A DNA stretch of 64,000 bases from Leptolyngbyaceae cyanobacterium (GTDB taxonomy: Bacteria > Cyanobacteriota > Cyanobacteriia > Phormidesmidales > Phormidesmidaceae): NCBI GenBank assembly GCA_965263355.1, contig CBDHHL010000056.1:1376001-1440000 (forward strand), read 5' to 3'. Under the pieces are notes generated by a model. The model worked only from the letters and a program-made list of their open reading frames with translations, ran no database searches and had not been told where the DNA came from. Below are positions 30,998-41,206 of the stretch, in pieces. Every line of letters begins with the position of its first letter. Position 1 is the stretch's first letter. The translations under genes were made by a program, and so were the position numbers.

Positions 30998-31873
30998 GTG
31001 TTCACGATGAAACAGTTCTCATTGGCTAGCGGTTTAACTCTATGCGGCCTGATGGTAACCTCTGTAGCTCAGGCAAGTACCTTTCACCAAGGATGGAACT
31101 ATAGTATCGATGCCTTTGACGATGCGTCTGGTGGTGATGCTTACCAGATTAGGGGGTTAGCCACAAAGGAAACTGACAATCATATTTACATTTCTATCAG
31201 TGGCGAAAGTCCGCTCACGGGCATTGACGCCCCCGATGCCGAGGATGGCAATATCGGCTGGGGTGATCTTCTCTTCAATTTCACAGATGACAATATTAAT
31301 AAGACCAACGGCACTCTATATGGCATCCGCTTTGCTGAAACCAATGATTCTGGGGTTTCTCAAATTGGTGTTTTTAGCAATGTAACCGCTCAATCCGTCG
31401 CTGAGAGTAATTCAGGGTTTGATCACCTGCAACATTACTACCAATCTGGCTGGGAGCGACCCAATACCATGGGAGACCTGGCGACAGTTCAGGAAGCCTA
31501 TGACTACATCGGTAAAACCGATCCGGTGTTGACCTCCATCACAGATGGGACCTTTTTAGGAGATATTGAATTTCTATCCGATCAGGATGCCAGTGCCGTA
31601 GGGTTAGATTTTGAGCATTTCAATGCAACTGGCAGCGAAATCCATACCTTTCGATTAGAACGCACACTACTACCAGGAGGAGACTTTCTGGCTACACTAT
31701 TCTTCGAATGTGTCAACGACGGCATTGGTCTACTGAGTAGCTTCACCTCCCAGAGTATTGTCACTCAGGATACTCAAGATGTGCCTGAACCATCTGCTGT
31801 AGTAAGTTTAATCGCAATTGGTTTCTTAATTAGCCGCAAAGTCTCTTCATCAAAACAAGACCACTATCGTTAA
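30998..31873 (+). CDS. PEP-CTERM surface protein (XDD3-like)
   Basis: Signal peptide, GWNYSID, IGWGDLLFNF, ECVNDG, C-terminal VPEPS + TM + basic tail. Confidence 0.85.
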   Translation: MFTMKQFSLASGLTLCGLMVTSVAQASTFHQGWNYSIDAFDDASGGDAYQIRGLATKETDNHIYISISGESPLTGIDAPDAEDGNIGWGDLLFNFTDDNINKTNGTLYGIRFAETNDSGVSQIGVFSNVTAQSVAESNSGFDHLQHYYQSGWERPNTMGDLATVQEAYDYIGKTDPVLTSITDGTFLGDIEFLSDQDASAVGLDFEHFNATGSEIHTFRLERTLLPGGDFLATLFFECVNDGIGLLSSFTSQSIVTQDTQDVPEPSAVVSLIAIGFLISRKVSSSKQDHYR

Positions 31874-31879
31874 TCTTGT

Positions 31880-32836
31880 CTAGCGATCGCGAATTAACGA
31901 CAAAAAGACATCGGTCAAATCAGCCCGATCCTGACGAATCTCTTTAATGGGTAAAGGACGCAGAATATCCAGCATCTGATACAGGGCATCACCGGAAAAA
32001 TACACCTGATTATCAGTCACGGTACCTCCCAGAATCATGATTTTCTTAGCACGCTCCAGATCAATGGGCTGGGCACAGTCAATCCGATAAGAACTCCCAG
32101 AAAACTGTTGAATCAGTTCATGGGTGGACTGTTCTGCAATGATTTGTCCCTGGCGAATAATAGCAACTCGGTCTGATAACTCTTCGGCCACACCCAGCTG
32201 ATGGGTGGTTAGTAAAATAGCGCAGCCCTCTGCGGCAATCTCTCTCACCAAGGTTTTAACGGTTTCACTAGCTTCCACATCCAAACCCAGGGTGGGTTCA
32301 TCCAGCAAGAGCAGTGTCGGTTGATGCACTAATGCAACGGCAATGGCTAGCTTTTGCTGCATTCCCCGCGACAGCTTTTGTACGGGCGTTTTGCGCTTAT
32401 CGCTTAGACCAAACTGCTCCAGCAGTTGCTCACCCCGCTGCCGCGCTACTTTACGAGGCACCTGACGTAAACCGCCAAAGTATTCGATATTTTCCAAGGG
32501 AGTTAGACGCCAATATAGATTGCGATTACCTTCTAGAACTGCGCCCACACGCTTCAGGGCCATTGACTGTCGATGGGGATCAAGGCCATTAATACGCACC
32601 TGTCCACCATCAGGACGCACTAATCCACCAATCATCTTTATAGTTGTGGTTTTACCAGCACCGTTTGGCCCCAGAAACGCCAGTACCTCCCCCGCACAAA
32701 TCCTTAGGGAAACATCACGTACCGCTTCAAATCGTTGCTTGCCACGGCCATAGGATTTTTTCAGATGTCTGGCATCTAGGGTGATGCTGCTCTCCGGCAA
32801 ATGCCCCGCTGAACGCATTGGCAAAGGAAGCGTCAT
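31880..32836 (-). CDS. ABC transporter ATP-binding protein (ABC-2 exporter type)
   Basis: GPNGAGKTT, LSRGMQQK, LLLDEPTLGLD, TTH. Confidence 0.93.
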   Translation of the reverse strand: MTLPLPMRSAGHLPESSITLDARHLKKSYGRGKQRFEAVRDVSLRICAGEVLAFLGPNGAGKTTTIKMIGGLVRPDGGQVRINGLDPHRQSMALKRVGAVLEGNRNLYWRLTPLENIEYFGGLRQVPRKVARQRGEQLLEQFGLSDKRKTPVQKLSRGMQQKLAIAVALVHQPTLLLLDEPTLGLDVEASETVKTLVREIAAEGCAILLTTHQLGVAEELSDRVAIIRQGQIIAEQSTHELIQQFSGSSYRIDCAQPIDLERAKKIMILGGTVTDNQVYFSGDALYQMLDILRPLPIKEIRQDRADLTDVFLSLIRDR

Positions 32837-33001
32837 TAAGCCTTACTCCATACACATGTTCGCCATCAACATTGCCAGCAGCCTATAGTTCACAAAATAA
32901 GTGCCCCCTAGAGTCCTTAAATCACAACAGTTAGATGCTGTCACACATCCGCTGTTGTGACTGTAGCAGTAATCCTAACGCGAATAAGCCCCTTGATACA
33001 G

Positions 33002-33041
33002 AATCAAGGTTGCCTTCGACTTCGCTCAGGCAACCTTGATT
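33002..33041. repeat. REP/SDR-like hairpin
   Basis: 14-bp stem AATCAAGGTTGCCT/AGGCAACCTTGATT around TCGACTTCGCTC. Confidence 0.6.
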
Positions 33042-33043
33042 AC

Positions 33044-33073
33044 AAAAAAGCCCTGGCAACATTTACCAGAGCT
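33044..33073 (-). terminator. Probable terminator downstream of atpT
   Basis: Minus strand AGCTCTGG-loop-CCAGGGC followed by TTTTTT. Confidence 0.6.
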
Positions 33074-33170
33074 CTAGAGGAGCATATCGATCATTAGTTG
33101 AATGTTAATTGAGCTTAATGCAATGAACTCAATAACGATGGCAATTGACTAGGTAATTAAGCCGAAACAA

Positions 33171-33314
33171 TCAAGTCCAACTAGAGGAATAGGGGTCACC
33201 TTCATAGGGCTGAACACCAATAGCGGGATAGGCATCATCATCGGGACCAAAAATGCGAGCTGCTGCTCCAAAAATGTAGTTAAAGCTATCCCTTAGCCAA
33301 CGAAGAATATGCAT
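33171..33314 (-). CDS. atpT: AtpTheta (Norf1), 47-aa inhibitor of ATP synthase ATP hydrolysis
   Basis: Not in the ORF track. Translates MHILRWLRDSFNYIFGAAARIFGPDDDAYPAIGVQPYEGDPYSSSWT; upstream GAGG; amphipathic N-terminus plus RIFGP-DD-YP-GVQP-EG motif recalled for AtpTheta. Confidence 0.82.
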   Translation of the reverse strand: MHILRWLRDSFNYIFGAAARIFGPDDDAYPAIGVQPYEGDPYSSSWT

Positions 33315-33937
33315 GATTTCTAGCCTCTATAACGTGTATTAACTGGGGTGGGAATAGTCGATACCTCAAGTTACTACAAGGCCTTAAATAAGCTTATTAA
33401 GCGACTTGAAGCTTAAGACATCGATAATCTCAACTGAAATTAGATGAGATTTACAAGGGGCCTACTTTTAGTAAGAGCACTTTAGCAATAGCACTCTAGA
33501 ATCTATTTCTTTTACTATTTTCTAGGCACCTATATCATAGGATCTAAATCAAGCTCTAAACAACAGCTAGCAAAGACTTGAAAGTATTATTCATATTACT
33601 TATCAAGCGAATAAAGCAACCACATCAAAAAAGTATTTCCAGTCTTAATAGACAGTTTTTTCGTTAGAGTTGAACTTAAAGTCGTTAAAAAAACGACTTT
33701 AGTAGTTAGGAACTAGCGATCAAGAGCTAGCATAGAAGAAGCCCAACATAGCTCTATTATGCTCAAGGGTAATAGGTTTTCATAGAAATAAACTTAGTAT
33801 TTCAAACTTAATATTTCTCAATTTATAGGTTTAATTTTTTAGTAACTACAGAGTTTTTTGAGCCTTTTATTATTGATTAATCAATAATAAAAACAATTGA
33901 TTACCTCACACCGTCCTTGCGTAGGAGAATAGTCGCC

Positions 33938-34495
33938 ATGTTTCAGCGTATTTTAGTGGCCTTGGATCGGAGTAATAGTTGCTGTAGCGTGCTTGAAGAA
34001 GCCATTGCGTTGGCTAAGTCAACGGCTCAACTGAACCTCGTTATGGTGGTACCACCGATGGAGATTAGCTATCCCGATCCGGTTTATCTGAGTATGGCAG
34101 GCATGCAGGGTATTTGGACTGCGGAGTTATACCAGAGCCATCGGGCGAGTTGGCAGCAGCAGCAACAGGAGATTGAGCAATGGTTGCGATCGCAAACCGA
34201 TTTTGTCCACCGTCAAGGCCTTCAGGCTAAATACACCTGTCCTATCGGTACCCCTGGCGAAACCCTGTGCAACATTGCCAGAAAATGGAACGCCGACCTG
34301 ATTATTATGGGCCGCCGGGGGCACACCGGTTTTAGTGAACTGTTTTTGGGCAGCGTTAGTAACTATGTCATGCACTATGCCCCTTGTTCTGTTCTCACGG
34401 TACAAGGCATGGGGCAAAAAACGATGGGGCAAAAAACAACGGTGCAGAAAACGATGGCCGTCTCCAAAGGCAACATTATCCCAAAAACCACATAA
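33938..34495 (+). CDS. Universal stress protein
   Basis: MFQRILVALD, ADLIIMGRRG...LGSVSNYVMHYAPCSVL; AGGAG RBS upstream of ATG 33938. Confidence 0.92.
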   Translation: MFQRILVALDRSNSCCSVLEEAIALAKSTAQLNLVMVVPPMEISYPDPVYLSMAGMQGIWTAELYQSHRASWQQQQQEIEQWLRSQTDFVHRQGLQAKYTCPIGTPGETLCNIARKWNADLIIMGRRGHTGFSELFLGSVSNYVMHYAPCSVLTVQGMGQKTMGQKTTVQKTMAVSKGNIIPKTT

Positions 34496-34528
34496 GGGAT
34501 TGAGCACACCAGTAGTAGCAATCACACA

Positions 34529-36061
34529 ATGGCGGGTAAAGTTTATCTTTTAGGGGCAGGTCCAGGCAATATCGACTATCTGACAGTAAAGGGACAGCAG
34601 GTACTGCAACAGGCTGATTGTCTCATTTATGATGCCTTAGTAGATAAACGATTGTTGTCTCAGTTAGCCCCCACTTGCGAAACTATCCATGTGGGTAAAC
34701 GGGGTGGTCAACCGAGCACCCCGCAAACTGACATTAACCAGCTGTTAGTCACCCACTGTCAGCAGGGAAAACAGGTGGTGCGCCTTAAAAGTGGTGATCC
34801 TTTTATTTTTGGTAGGGCCGCTGGTGAGATCCAGGCACTCCAGGCGGCCCACTGTGATTTTGAAGTCATTCCTGGGGTCTCTTCAGCGCTGGTCGCTCCC
34901 CTGCTAAACGCTATACCGCTAACGGATCCGGTTCTCAGCCATGGGTTTGGTGTTTTTACCGCCCATAATCTGCAAAACCTGGATTGGGCCACCCTGGCCA
35001 ATTTGGAAACCCTAGTCTTTTTAATGGGAGGGCGACACCTAGGAGACATTTGTCATCAGCTAACGATCCACGGACAGCGTGGGGAAACCCCTGTGGCCGT
35101 TATCCAATGGGCCAGCCAACCCCAACAACGTCTTTGGCAAGGCACATTGCTTAACATCGCTCAACTCACTAAGGGTGAACCCTTATCACCTTGCATAATT
35201 GTCGTTGGCGAAGTGGTACGCTTGCGAGAGTTTCTACTCCCGCCAACAACAGCTGACAATATGACCAACGGCACGTTAAACAACAAAACAATCCTGGTCA
35301 CTCGGGCCACGGGACAATCGAGTGCGTTCACTGACTTGCTCCAACGCCAAGGTGCAACAGTTATTGACATGCCAGCCTTAGAAATTTGCCCACCATCTAG
35401 CTGGACAGCCTTGGACCACGCGCTGGAGACATTGTCTACATTTGACTGGCTAATTTTGACCTCTGCCAATGCGGTCAATTTCTTTTTGGATCGACTATTG
35501 ACCCAGGGGTATGACTTGAGACAGTTGGCCCACTTGAAACTGGCAGTCGTAGGCAAAAAGACGGCTAAAGTCCTGGCCGAACGGGGGTTAAAGGCTGACT
35601 TTATGCCACCGAACTATGTAGCCGATTCTCTGGTGGAGAGTTTTCCGGTTCCCCTATCAGGGTTAAAACTACTGTTTCCACGGGTAGAAACCGGTGGACG
35701 GGCAGTGCTGGTAAACGAATGTTCAGCCCAGGGAGCGACAGTCACTGAAGTGGCGGCCTATGAGTCAGGCTGTCCTACGGCCATGGCCACTGGGGCAGCA
35801 GTAGGGCTGAAACAGCGGCAGGTGGATGTGGTCACGTTTGCTAGCTCAAAAACAGTGCGTCATTTTAAGCAGCTAATGGGTGCTCAGTTTGGGGAGGATT
35901 GGATGGCCTACATGGAGGGGGTTGCGATCGCATCTATTGGTCCTCAAACCACCAAAACCTGCCTTGAAGACCTGGGTCGAGTCGATATCAAAGCCACTAC
36001 GTACACCCTGGAAGGTCTCACTGATGCCCTGGTAAAGTGGGCTACCCCCACCAATGAATAG
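34529..36061 (+). CDS. cobA: Uroporphyrinogen-III C-methyltransferase / uroporphyrinogen-III synthase fusion (CobA-HemD)
   Basis: LLGAGPG, VRLKSGDPFIFGR, IPGVSS; HemD half ILVTR...LTSANAV...FASSKTV...SIGPQT. Confidence 0.93.
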   Translation: MAGKVYLLGAGPGNIDYLTVKGQQVLQQADCLIYDALVDKRLLSQLAPTCETIHVGKRGGQPSTPQTDINQLLVTHCQQGKQVVRLKSGDPFIFGRAAGEIQALQAAHCDFEVIPGVSSALVAPLLNAIPLTDPVLSHGFGVFTAHNLQNLDWATLANLETLVFLMGGRHLGDICHQLTIHGQRGETPVAVIQWASQPQQRLWQGTLLNIAQLTKGEPLSPCIIVVGEVVRLREFLLPPTTADNMTNGTLNNKTILVTRATGQSSAFTDLLQRQGATVIDMPALEICPPSSWTALDHALETLSTFDWLILTSANAVNFFLDRLLTQGYDLRQLAHLKLAVVGKKTAKVLAERGLKADFMPPNYVADSLVESFPVPLSGLKLLFPRVETGGRAVLVNECSAQGATVTEVAAYESGCPTAMATGAAVGLKQRQVDVVTFASSKTVRHFKQLMGAQFGEDWMAYMEGVAIASIGPQTTKTCLEDLGRVDIKATTYTLEGLTDALVKWATPTNE

Positions 36062-36653
36062 TATGCAACGCATTATTGGCCTAACCGGTGGTATTGCCAC
36101 TGGCAAATCTACCGTATCCGACTATCTGGCCACTACCTATCAGTTACCCATCCTCGATGCTGATATCTATGCCCGTGACGCAGTAACTAGCGGATCTCCT
36201 ATCCTGGCAGCCTTAGTCCAGCGCTACGGTAACGACATTTTGCTGGCAGATGGCACCCTCAACCGTCAACAGCTCGGCACTATTATTTTTAATCAACCGG
36301 ATGAGAAACAATGGGTTGAACACCAAATCCATCCCTTTGTGCGACAGCGATTTAGCCAGGTACGTCAGGACTATCCCCCAACCCAAACCCTGGTCTATGC
36401 CATTCCCCTACTATTTGAAGCAAACCTGACCCATCTGGTGAGCGAAATTTGGGTCGTCATTTGCACCCCAGATCAGCAGCAACAGCGGCTGATGGCCCGT
36501 AATAATCTCTCTGCAAGCGATGCGATCGCACGTATTAACAATCAGCTATCCCTGAATGAAAAAGCAGCTCAAGCGGATCGGGTCCTCAACAATTCTGGCG
36601 ATCGAGCCCTGCTTTATCAGCAGATTGATGAGATTCTGAAGGTATCTACTTGA
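36054..36653 (+). CDS. coaE: Dephospho-CoA kinase
   Basis: IIGLTGGIATGKSTV, DAD, IHP, IPLLFE. Confidence 0.95.
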   Translation: MNSMQRIIGLTGGIATGKSTVSDYLATTYQLPILDADIYARDAVTSGSPILAALVQRYGNDILLADGTLNRQQLGTIIFNQPDEKQWVEHQIHPFVRQRFSQVRQDYPPTQTLVYAIPLLFEANLTHLVSEIWVVICTPDQQQQRLMARNNLSASDAIARINNQLSLNEKAAQADRVLNNSGDRALLYQQIDEILKVST

Positions 36654-36893
36654 GGTGAGAGATTTTCATGTGCCATTCCCCATGGCCCAGTTGGGTTTTG
36701 TGCCTTTACCCAACCCACGACTGCACCCCATTGCCTACCCTATGTTCTGATCCCCGGCACAAAAAACTTTATTTTAATAGCGTCGGGCGTTAATCAAACC
36801 TAAGAATCACAAATCAACATCACAAACCTGTGGTGATCAGCAACCCTTGCTTCACACTATGGGAATTCATTCCTGTTGAAACGTGAGTGTACT

Positions 36894-37241
36894 ATGACTG
36901 ACTTTACCGATTTTCTAAAACACAAGCAGGCTTACATCGCCATTGGCGAATTTAAACCCGGTCGTTTTTCTGAAGCTCGACAGCTCTATGAAAAGGCCGT
37001 TTCCACCTACAGTAACGGCTTTCAAGGAGCCTATTTGTTCCAAGAACCGGGCACCGATAAGGGGATTGCAGTCATCCTTTGGGACAATGTTGACAACATG
37101 GAAGCGCACCAAAGTCCTGTCTACCAAAAAGTTGTTCGAGAACTATCTGGTCTCTTTGCCTCTCCACCCGACGTTAAGTTCTACGAAGTTTGTAGTGAAA
37201 TCGGCTTAATGGGTGAAATCGCCCAAGCTGTGGCAGCTTAG
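36894..37241 (+). CDS. ABM (antibiotic biosynthesis monooxygenase)-like protein
   Basis: Ferredoxin-like ABM pattern (FKPG...GFQGAYLF...W...H...YEV). Confidence 0.7.
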   Translation: MTDFTDFLKHKQAYIAIGEFKPGRFSEARQLYEKAVSTYSNGFQGAYLFQEPGTDKGIAVILWDNVDNMEAHQSPVYQKVVRELSGLFASPPDVKFYEVCSEIGLMGEIAQAVAA

Positions 37242-37279
37242 TCCATGGCGGCTTAAAGGTTGATATTGAATGCAATTGC

Positions 37280-39484
37280 TTACATCACCACGGCCGTTTT
37301 TACCTGCAACACTTGCTTTAGCTTATCCAGCTTGCGCATCACCTGATTGAGATTGTTCACATCTCCCGTGATGCGCATCAAACGAGCAGCGGTTTCTAAA
37401 TCAGCGATCGCTTGTAGCAGCTTACCCTGTTTCTGATATGCTGCACCACGATAACAGTAGGGTAATGCAAGTTTTGGATTGCGTTCAATCGCCAGCCCAA
37501 ATTGGCTAACCGCCTGCCGTAACTCACCCAAGAATTGAAAAATTCGTCCCTTGTAAAAATACGGAATTGCACTCTGGGGATAGAGATCGATAGCAGCATT
37601 TAGATCATCAAGGGCCCCATCATAGTCGCGGATATCTATTCGCAATACGCCCCGGTTACACTGAGCCGCAAACAATCCAGCATTTAATCGAATCGCCTGG
37701 GTAAAGTCCTGCAAAGCCTTGGCATAGTCATTCATATCCATCCAAGCCACACCGCGGCAGTTATATGCAGCCGCACTAGGACTAATATCAATCACCTGGG
37801 TCAAATCATCAATTGCCCCAGGACAGTCACGCATGTCATAACGGGTAATCCCGCGATTAAAGTAAGCAACAGCATCATCAGCCCTAATAACAGGATTCTC
37901 AAAACGCTGAATCAACGGTTGAATTACGGCTTGCTCAGAGGTGTACAACTTCAGCTTTACCGTTGGAAACAAACTTGTCTGAGTGGCCAGGGCCTGCATG
38001 CCGATGAGGGCAGATGTCGCATCACCCACAGCAAAGTTCTCAGTGGTGCCCAAAACCTTAAAGGAGAACAGCTCTGGATAGTCTTGCTTTAGGGGTAATA
38101 GCTGATTAAGGGCATGTTTTAACTGACGGTGTCGCATACTGTCTTCACTCCAACGCTGGCTGATAGTTCGCAGTAAAATATGGTCACGATTGTCACCTTG
38201 ATGACACCAGCCAATATCCAAGCGACAACCTCGATCTAATACCTGTCGGAGTTGCTGTAAAAGATTAGCATCGAGCTGTACATCATCCGTCCAGGGCCAT
38301 ACCAGTATCACCCGTTCTCTTGCCTGAGCTAGAAGTTGTTCTAATGCCTTCAGGCTATTAGATTTACCGTCAACATTGTCAAAGTCAAACAACCACTGAC
38401 TGTTGGTGGTGCTTGATACTGAAGCCTTTAACGGTTCTAGGGTTTCAGCTACGGCAGCCAGCACAGTATCTGTCATGGTGCTCATTTGCTGGTCAGTAGC
38501 ATCTAAACGTTGTTGTAGCTGATCAAAGCTCTGCTCCGGCTGATTTTCTACGGGATCTAAGGTCTCAGCCACGGCTTCTAAGATAGAGTCAGTAACTGTT
38601 CCCAACTGATGCTCTAGCGTATCTACACGCTGCTGCAACTGTAATTGCTCATTTGAGAAGGTTGGTGCTGCCTGGGATACTGGCGACATATCGGCTCTCA
38701 TTTCCTGCAAACGAGCCGATAGTTCCAAAAACTCATCCCGTGAAACCATCTCTGAAACAGTTTTTACCAACTCCTGAACTTCTTCTTTTAACAATGATTG
38801 ACGTTCTTCAGTGGTCAGCTGTTGTACCTGCTGTTTCACATATTGAAGCTTATCATTGAGACCAGAAAAATTATTCTTTGTATCCGCACTAAACACCTCC
38901 ATGTGCACCCGAAACTGCATCACTTCAGCCTTAAGCTTAGCCACCATCGCCTCAGCCGTCTCAATTCGGCTAGTGTCCGATAGCTGCTGACAGCGTGATC
39001 TCACATCTTTTACATCAACCCCCAGCTTTATGAAATGCTCCTGCAGTTTTGTCATCGCCAGGTGCAACTCTTGCAGTTCTGGCAACTCTTTATCCTGCGC
39101 TTCAATCTTTTCCAACAGCATCTTCCGCGTATATTCGAAAAGTTGAGACAGACTCAAAATATCTTGCTGGTTCTGAGCAATAACGGACTGACGCACAGCA
39201 TTAAGTTGCTCATGGGACGGTAAATCTTCCACCTGGGCCTGAATATTTTTCAAATCCAGCTTCAAGTCGCGTTTGAGCGATCCCCTTTCGTCTTGACTCT
39301 GGGTAACTGTCATCTGCAACTGCCGCCGACTGATCAGCCCTAATCCTGCTAATAAGGACAGGGGAGCTGCAGCTAGCAGCACTTGTTGTGTAGCCACCGA
39401 AGCGATTGTGCCAGCACCGGAGCCCAAAAGCAGTGCATACTCAGTCAAATTGAACCAGCGACGTTTATTCACGAGGTTTGCCAA
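37280..39484 (-). CDS. Membrane-anchored coiled-coil / PLD-like / TPR protein
   Basis: N-terminal hydrophobic hairpin, long heptad region, alpha/beta segment (ILVWPW...LDIGW), about 5 C-terminal TPRs (AYFNRG, AYNCRG). Confidence 0.8.
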   Translation of the reverse strand: MANLVNKRRWFNLTEYALLLGSGAGTIASVATQQVLLAAAPLSLLAGLGLISRRQLQMTVTQSQDERGSLKRDLKLDLKNIQAQVEDLPSHEQLNAVRQSVIAQNQQDILSLSQLFEYTRKMLLEKIEAQDKELPELQELHLAMTKLQEHFIKLGVDVKDVRSRCQQLSDTSRIETAEAMVAKLKAEVMQFRVHMEVFSADTKNNFSGLNDKLQYVKQQVQQLTTEERQSLLKEEVQELVKTVSEMVSRDEFLELSARLQEMRADMSPVSQAAPTFSNEQLQLQQRVDTLEHQLGTVTDSILEAVAETLDPVENQPEQSFDQLQQRLDATDQQMSTMTDTVLAAVAETLEPLKASVSSTTNSQWLFDFDNVDGKSNSLKALEQLLAQARERVILVWPWTDDVQLDANLLQQLRQVLDRGCRLDIGWCHQGDNRDHILLRTISQRWSEDSMRHRQLKHALNQLLPLKQDYPELFSFKVLGTTENFAVGDATSALIGMQALATQTSLFPTVKLKLYTSEQAVIQPLIQRFENPVIRADDAVAYFNRGITRYDMRDCPGAIDDLTQVIDISPSAAAYNCRGVAWMDMNDYAKALQDFTQAIRLNAGLFAAQCNRGVLRIDIRDYDGALDDLNAAIDLYPQSAIPYFYKGRIFQFLGELRQAVSQFGLAIERNPKLALPYCYRGAAYQKQGKLLQAIADLETAARLMRITGDVNNLNQVMRKLDKLKQVLQVKTAVVM

Positions 39485-39689
39485 ATGGGGTGACGAAAAA
39501 AGCAGCCCACCTAGTTGCTGGACTGCTTATTCTTGTATTCACGATGGGCACAGATCCATCAGGAGATTAGTCAAGTCTTTACGTGTCATCAAACGCTGAG
39601 ATTACCTCAGTATTTACGCGGACAGCAAAAAGACACTTGCCGTTGAAAAACCCGACTAAATAAGCTTCAGCTCAAAATCTCAAGCTTAC

Positions 39690-40034
39690 TTATAGAAAAC
39701 GAAGGATGAATGGGTATTTAAAGGCACTATCAGGATTGTTGAGGCTATTCAAAATTGCCAGCACTGGCATCACCCACTGAAAAATGAGTAGAGGAATCAC
39801 AAATAGCCAGCCAATCAACACCCAGCATAGAAATCCAACGATACCGCTGTAGATCCAGATATTCAGGTGAAAGTTCAACGCTTCTATAGCATTGTCTTTA
39901 ACCACTGGATCATCGGAAATAATCCAAAAAGCAGCGGGAATACCGGCTGAGAATAAAAGCTGACTGAAAAAGATAGACCCGTGAGAAAGGGCTGACAATA
40001 ACTTGCGCTTATCGCTGTCAAATGCTGCATCCAT
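39690..40034 (-). CDS. DUF4870 family membrane protein
   Basis: LSALSHGSIF, DPVVKDNAIEALNFHLN, FKYPFILRF. Confidence 0.85.
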   Translation of the reverse strand: MDAAFDSDKRKLLSALSHGSIFFSQLLFSAGIPAAFWIISDDPVVKDNAIEALNFHLNIWIYSGIVGFLCWVLIGWLFVIPLLIFQWVMPVLAILNSLNNPDSAFKYPFILRFL

Positions 40035-40214
40035 GACGTTTTAGTCCTTTTTTTGTGGTGACTTTATAGTAATTGATGCCTCGATTGAAACCGTTAGGGA
40101 AAACCGTAGTCGGTGCCAGTCTAATAATTGACCCTATGGTAAACCGTCAAACAGGCACTTACCTGGGGGCGTTTACAATAATAAAAAGCGCTTTCGAAAC
40201 CAAGGACACTGATA

Positions 40215-40604
40215 ATGGAACTTAAACGTCTGGGCCACGTTGCAGTTTGTGTAAATGATGTTGCCGTTGCTGCTGAGTTTTACCAAAAGTTAGGGATGAA
40301 ACTTGTGTGGCAGGATAACGACTGGGCATACCTAAAAGCCGGGAATGATGGTTTGGCATTGCTGAGCCCAGACTATGACCAGGCGGGTCCTCATTTTGGC
40401 TTTGTGTTTGACGACCGCTCTGCCATTGATGAAGCCTATGCCAAACTCAGTCAGGACGATATTAAACTCACCGAAATCCACGAGCATCGCGATGGTACGG
40501 CATCATTCTATGGTCGTGATCCATTTGGTAACTGGTTTGAGTATCTCTATGAACCCAGCGAGCCAACTACCCCCAAAGATAAGGCAGCAGAACTAGCCGC
40601 CTAG
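40215..40604 (+). CDS. VOC/glyoxalase family protein
   Basis: LGHVAV, HFGF, HEHRDGTASFYGRDPFGNWFE. Confidence 0.9.
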   Translation: MELKRLGHVAVCVNDVAVAAEFYQKLGMKLVWQDNDWAYLKAGNDGLALLSPDYDQAGPHFGFVFDDRSAIDEAYAKLSQDDIKLTEIHEHRDGTASFYGRDPFGNWFEYLYEPSEPTTPKDKAAELAA

Positions 40605-40669
40605 TCCACCCTAGTGCCCAGCCTCCGGCTGATACCCCTCTTGCGGCTCTACCGCGCAAGCTTTATAAC

Positions 40670-41206
40670 TTACGCTAATAAAGTGTCAACACTGATGCTA
40701 AACCCAGCTAAAACTTTCTGAGTTTCAGCCATCTCTTCCTGACCAAAAATCTGTTTACTGTTGGCTGTAATAACAATTATCCAGCGGCTATCGGGGTAAA
40801 CCAGCCAAACTTCTTCGCCGCCAGAGGCAAGATACTCATAAGCTTTGGCGATCATATCTTCAGCCAGGTCGGTGGGGGAAACGATTTCTGCACTTAACGG
40901 GAAGCTTTGGGGCAAAACTTTGGCGTCACCGTATTGGGCTAATAGGGCTGGGGTGAGGTAAGCGACGTCAGGAAATCGGCCTTGATTCTGGGTACGGCAA
41001 GGCGCTTCTGTATAAACTTCACCTCCCAGGTTTTGGGTATCGGTATAGAGACTCCAGAGGGTGCTGAGGCGACGTTGTGCCTTACTGTGTTTTAGGGTGA
41101 TGCCTTGTTTTGGGCGCAAATCACCGTCAATCCACTCTGTTCTAGACGGTGGGTTCTGAAGCCAGTCGTTGAGGGTAAGCTTAGGAACGGTGCTGGTGGC
41201 AACCAT
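40670..41206 (-). CDS. Uma2 family endonuclease
   Basis: TEWIDG, H, PDVAYL, AEIVSP, KAYEYL..G..EVWLVYP. Confidence 0.9.
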   Translation of the reverse strand: MVATSTVPKLTLNDWLQNPPSRTEWIDGDLRPKQGITLKHSKAQRRLSTLWSLYTDTQNLGGEVYTEAPCRTQNQGRFPDVAYLTPALLAQYGDAKVLPQSFPLSAEIVSPTDLAEDMIAKAYEYLASGGEEVWLVYPDSRWIIVITANSKQIFGQEEMAETQKVLAGFSISVDTLLA

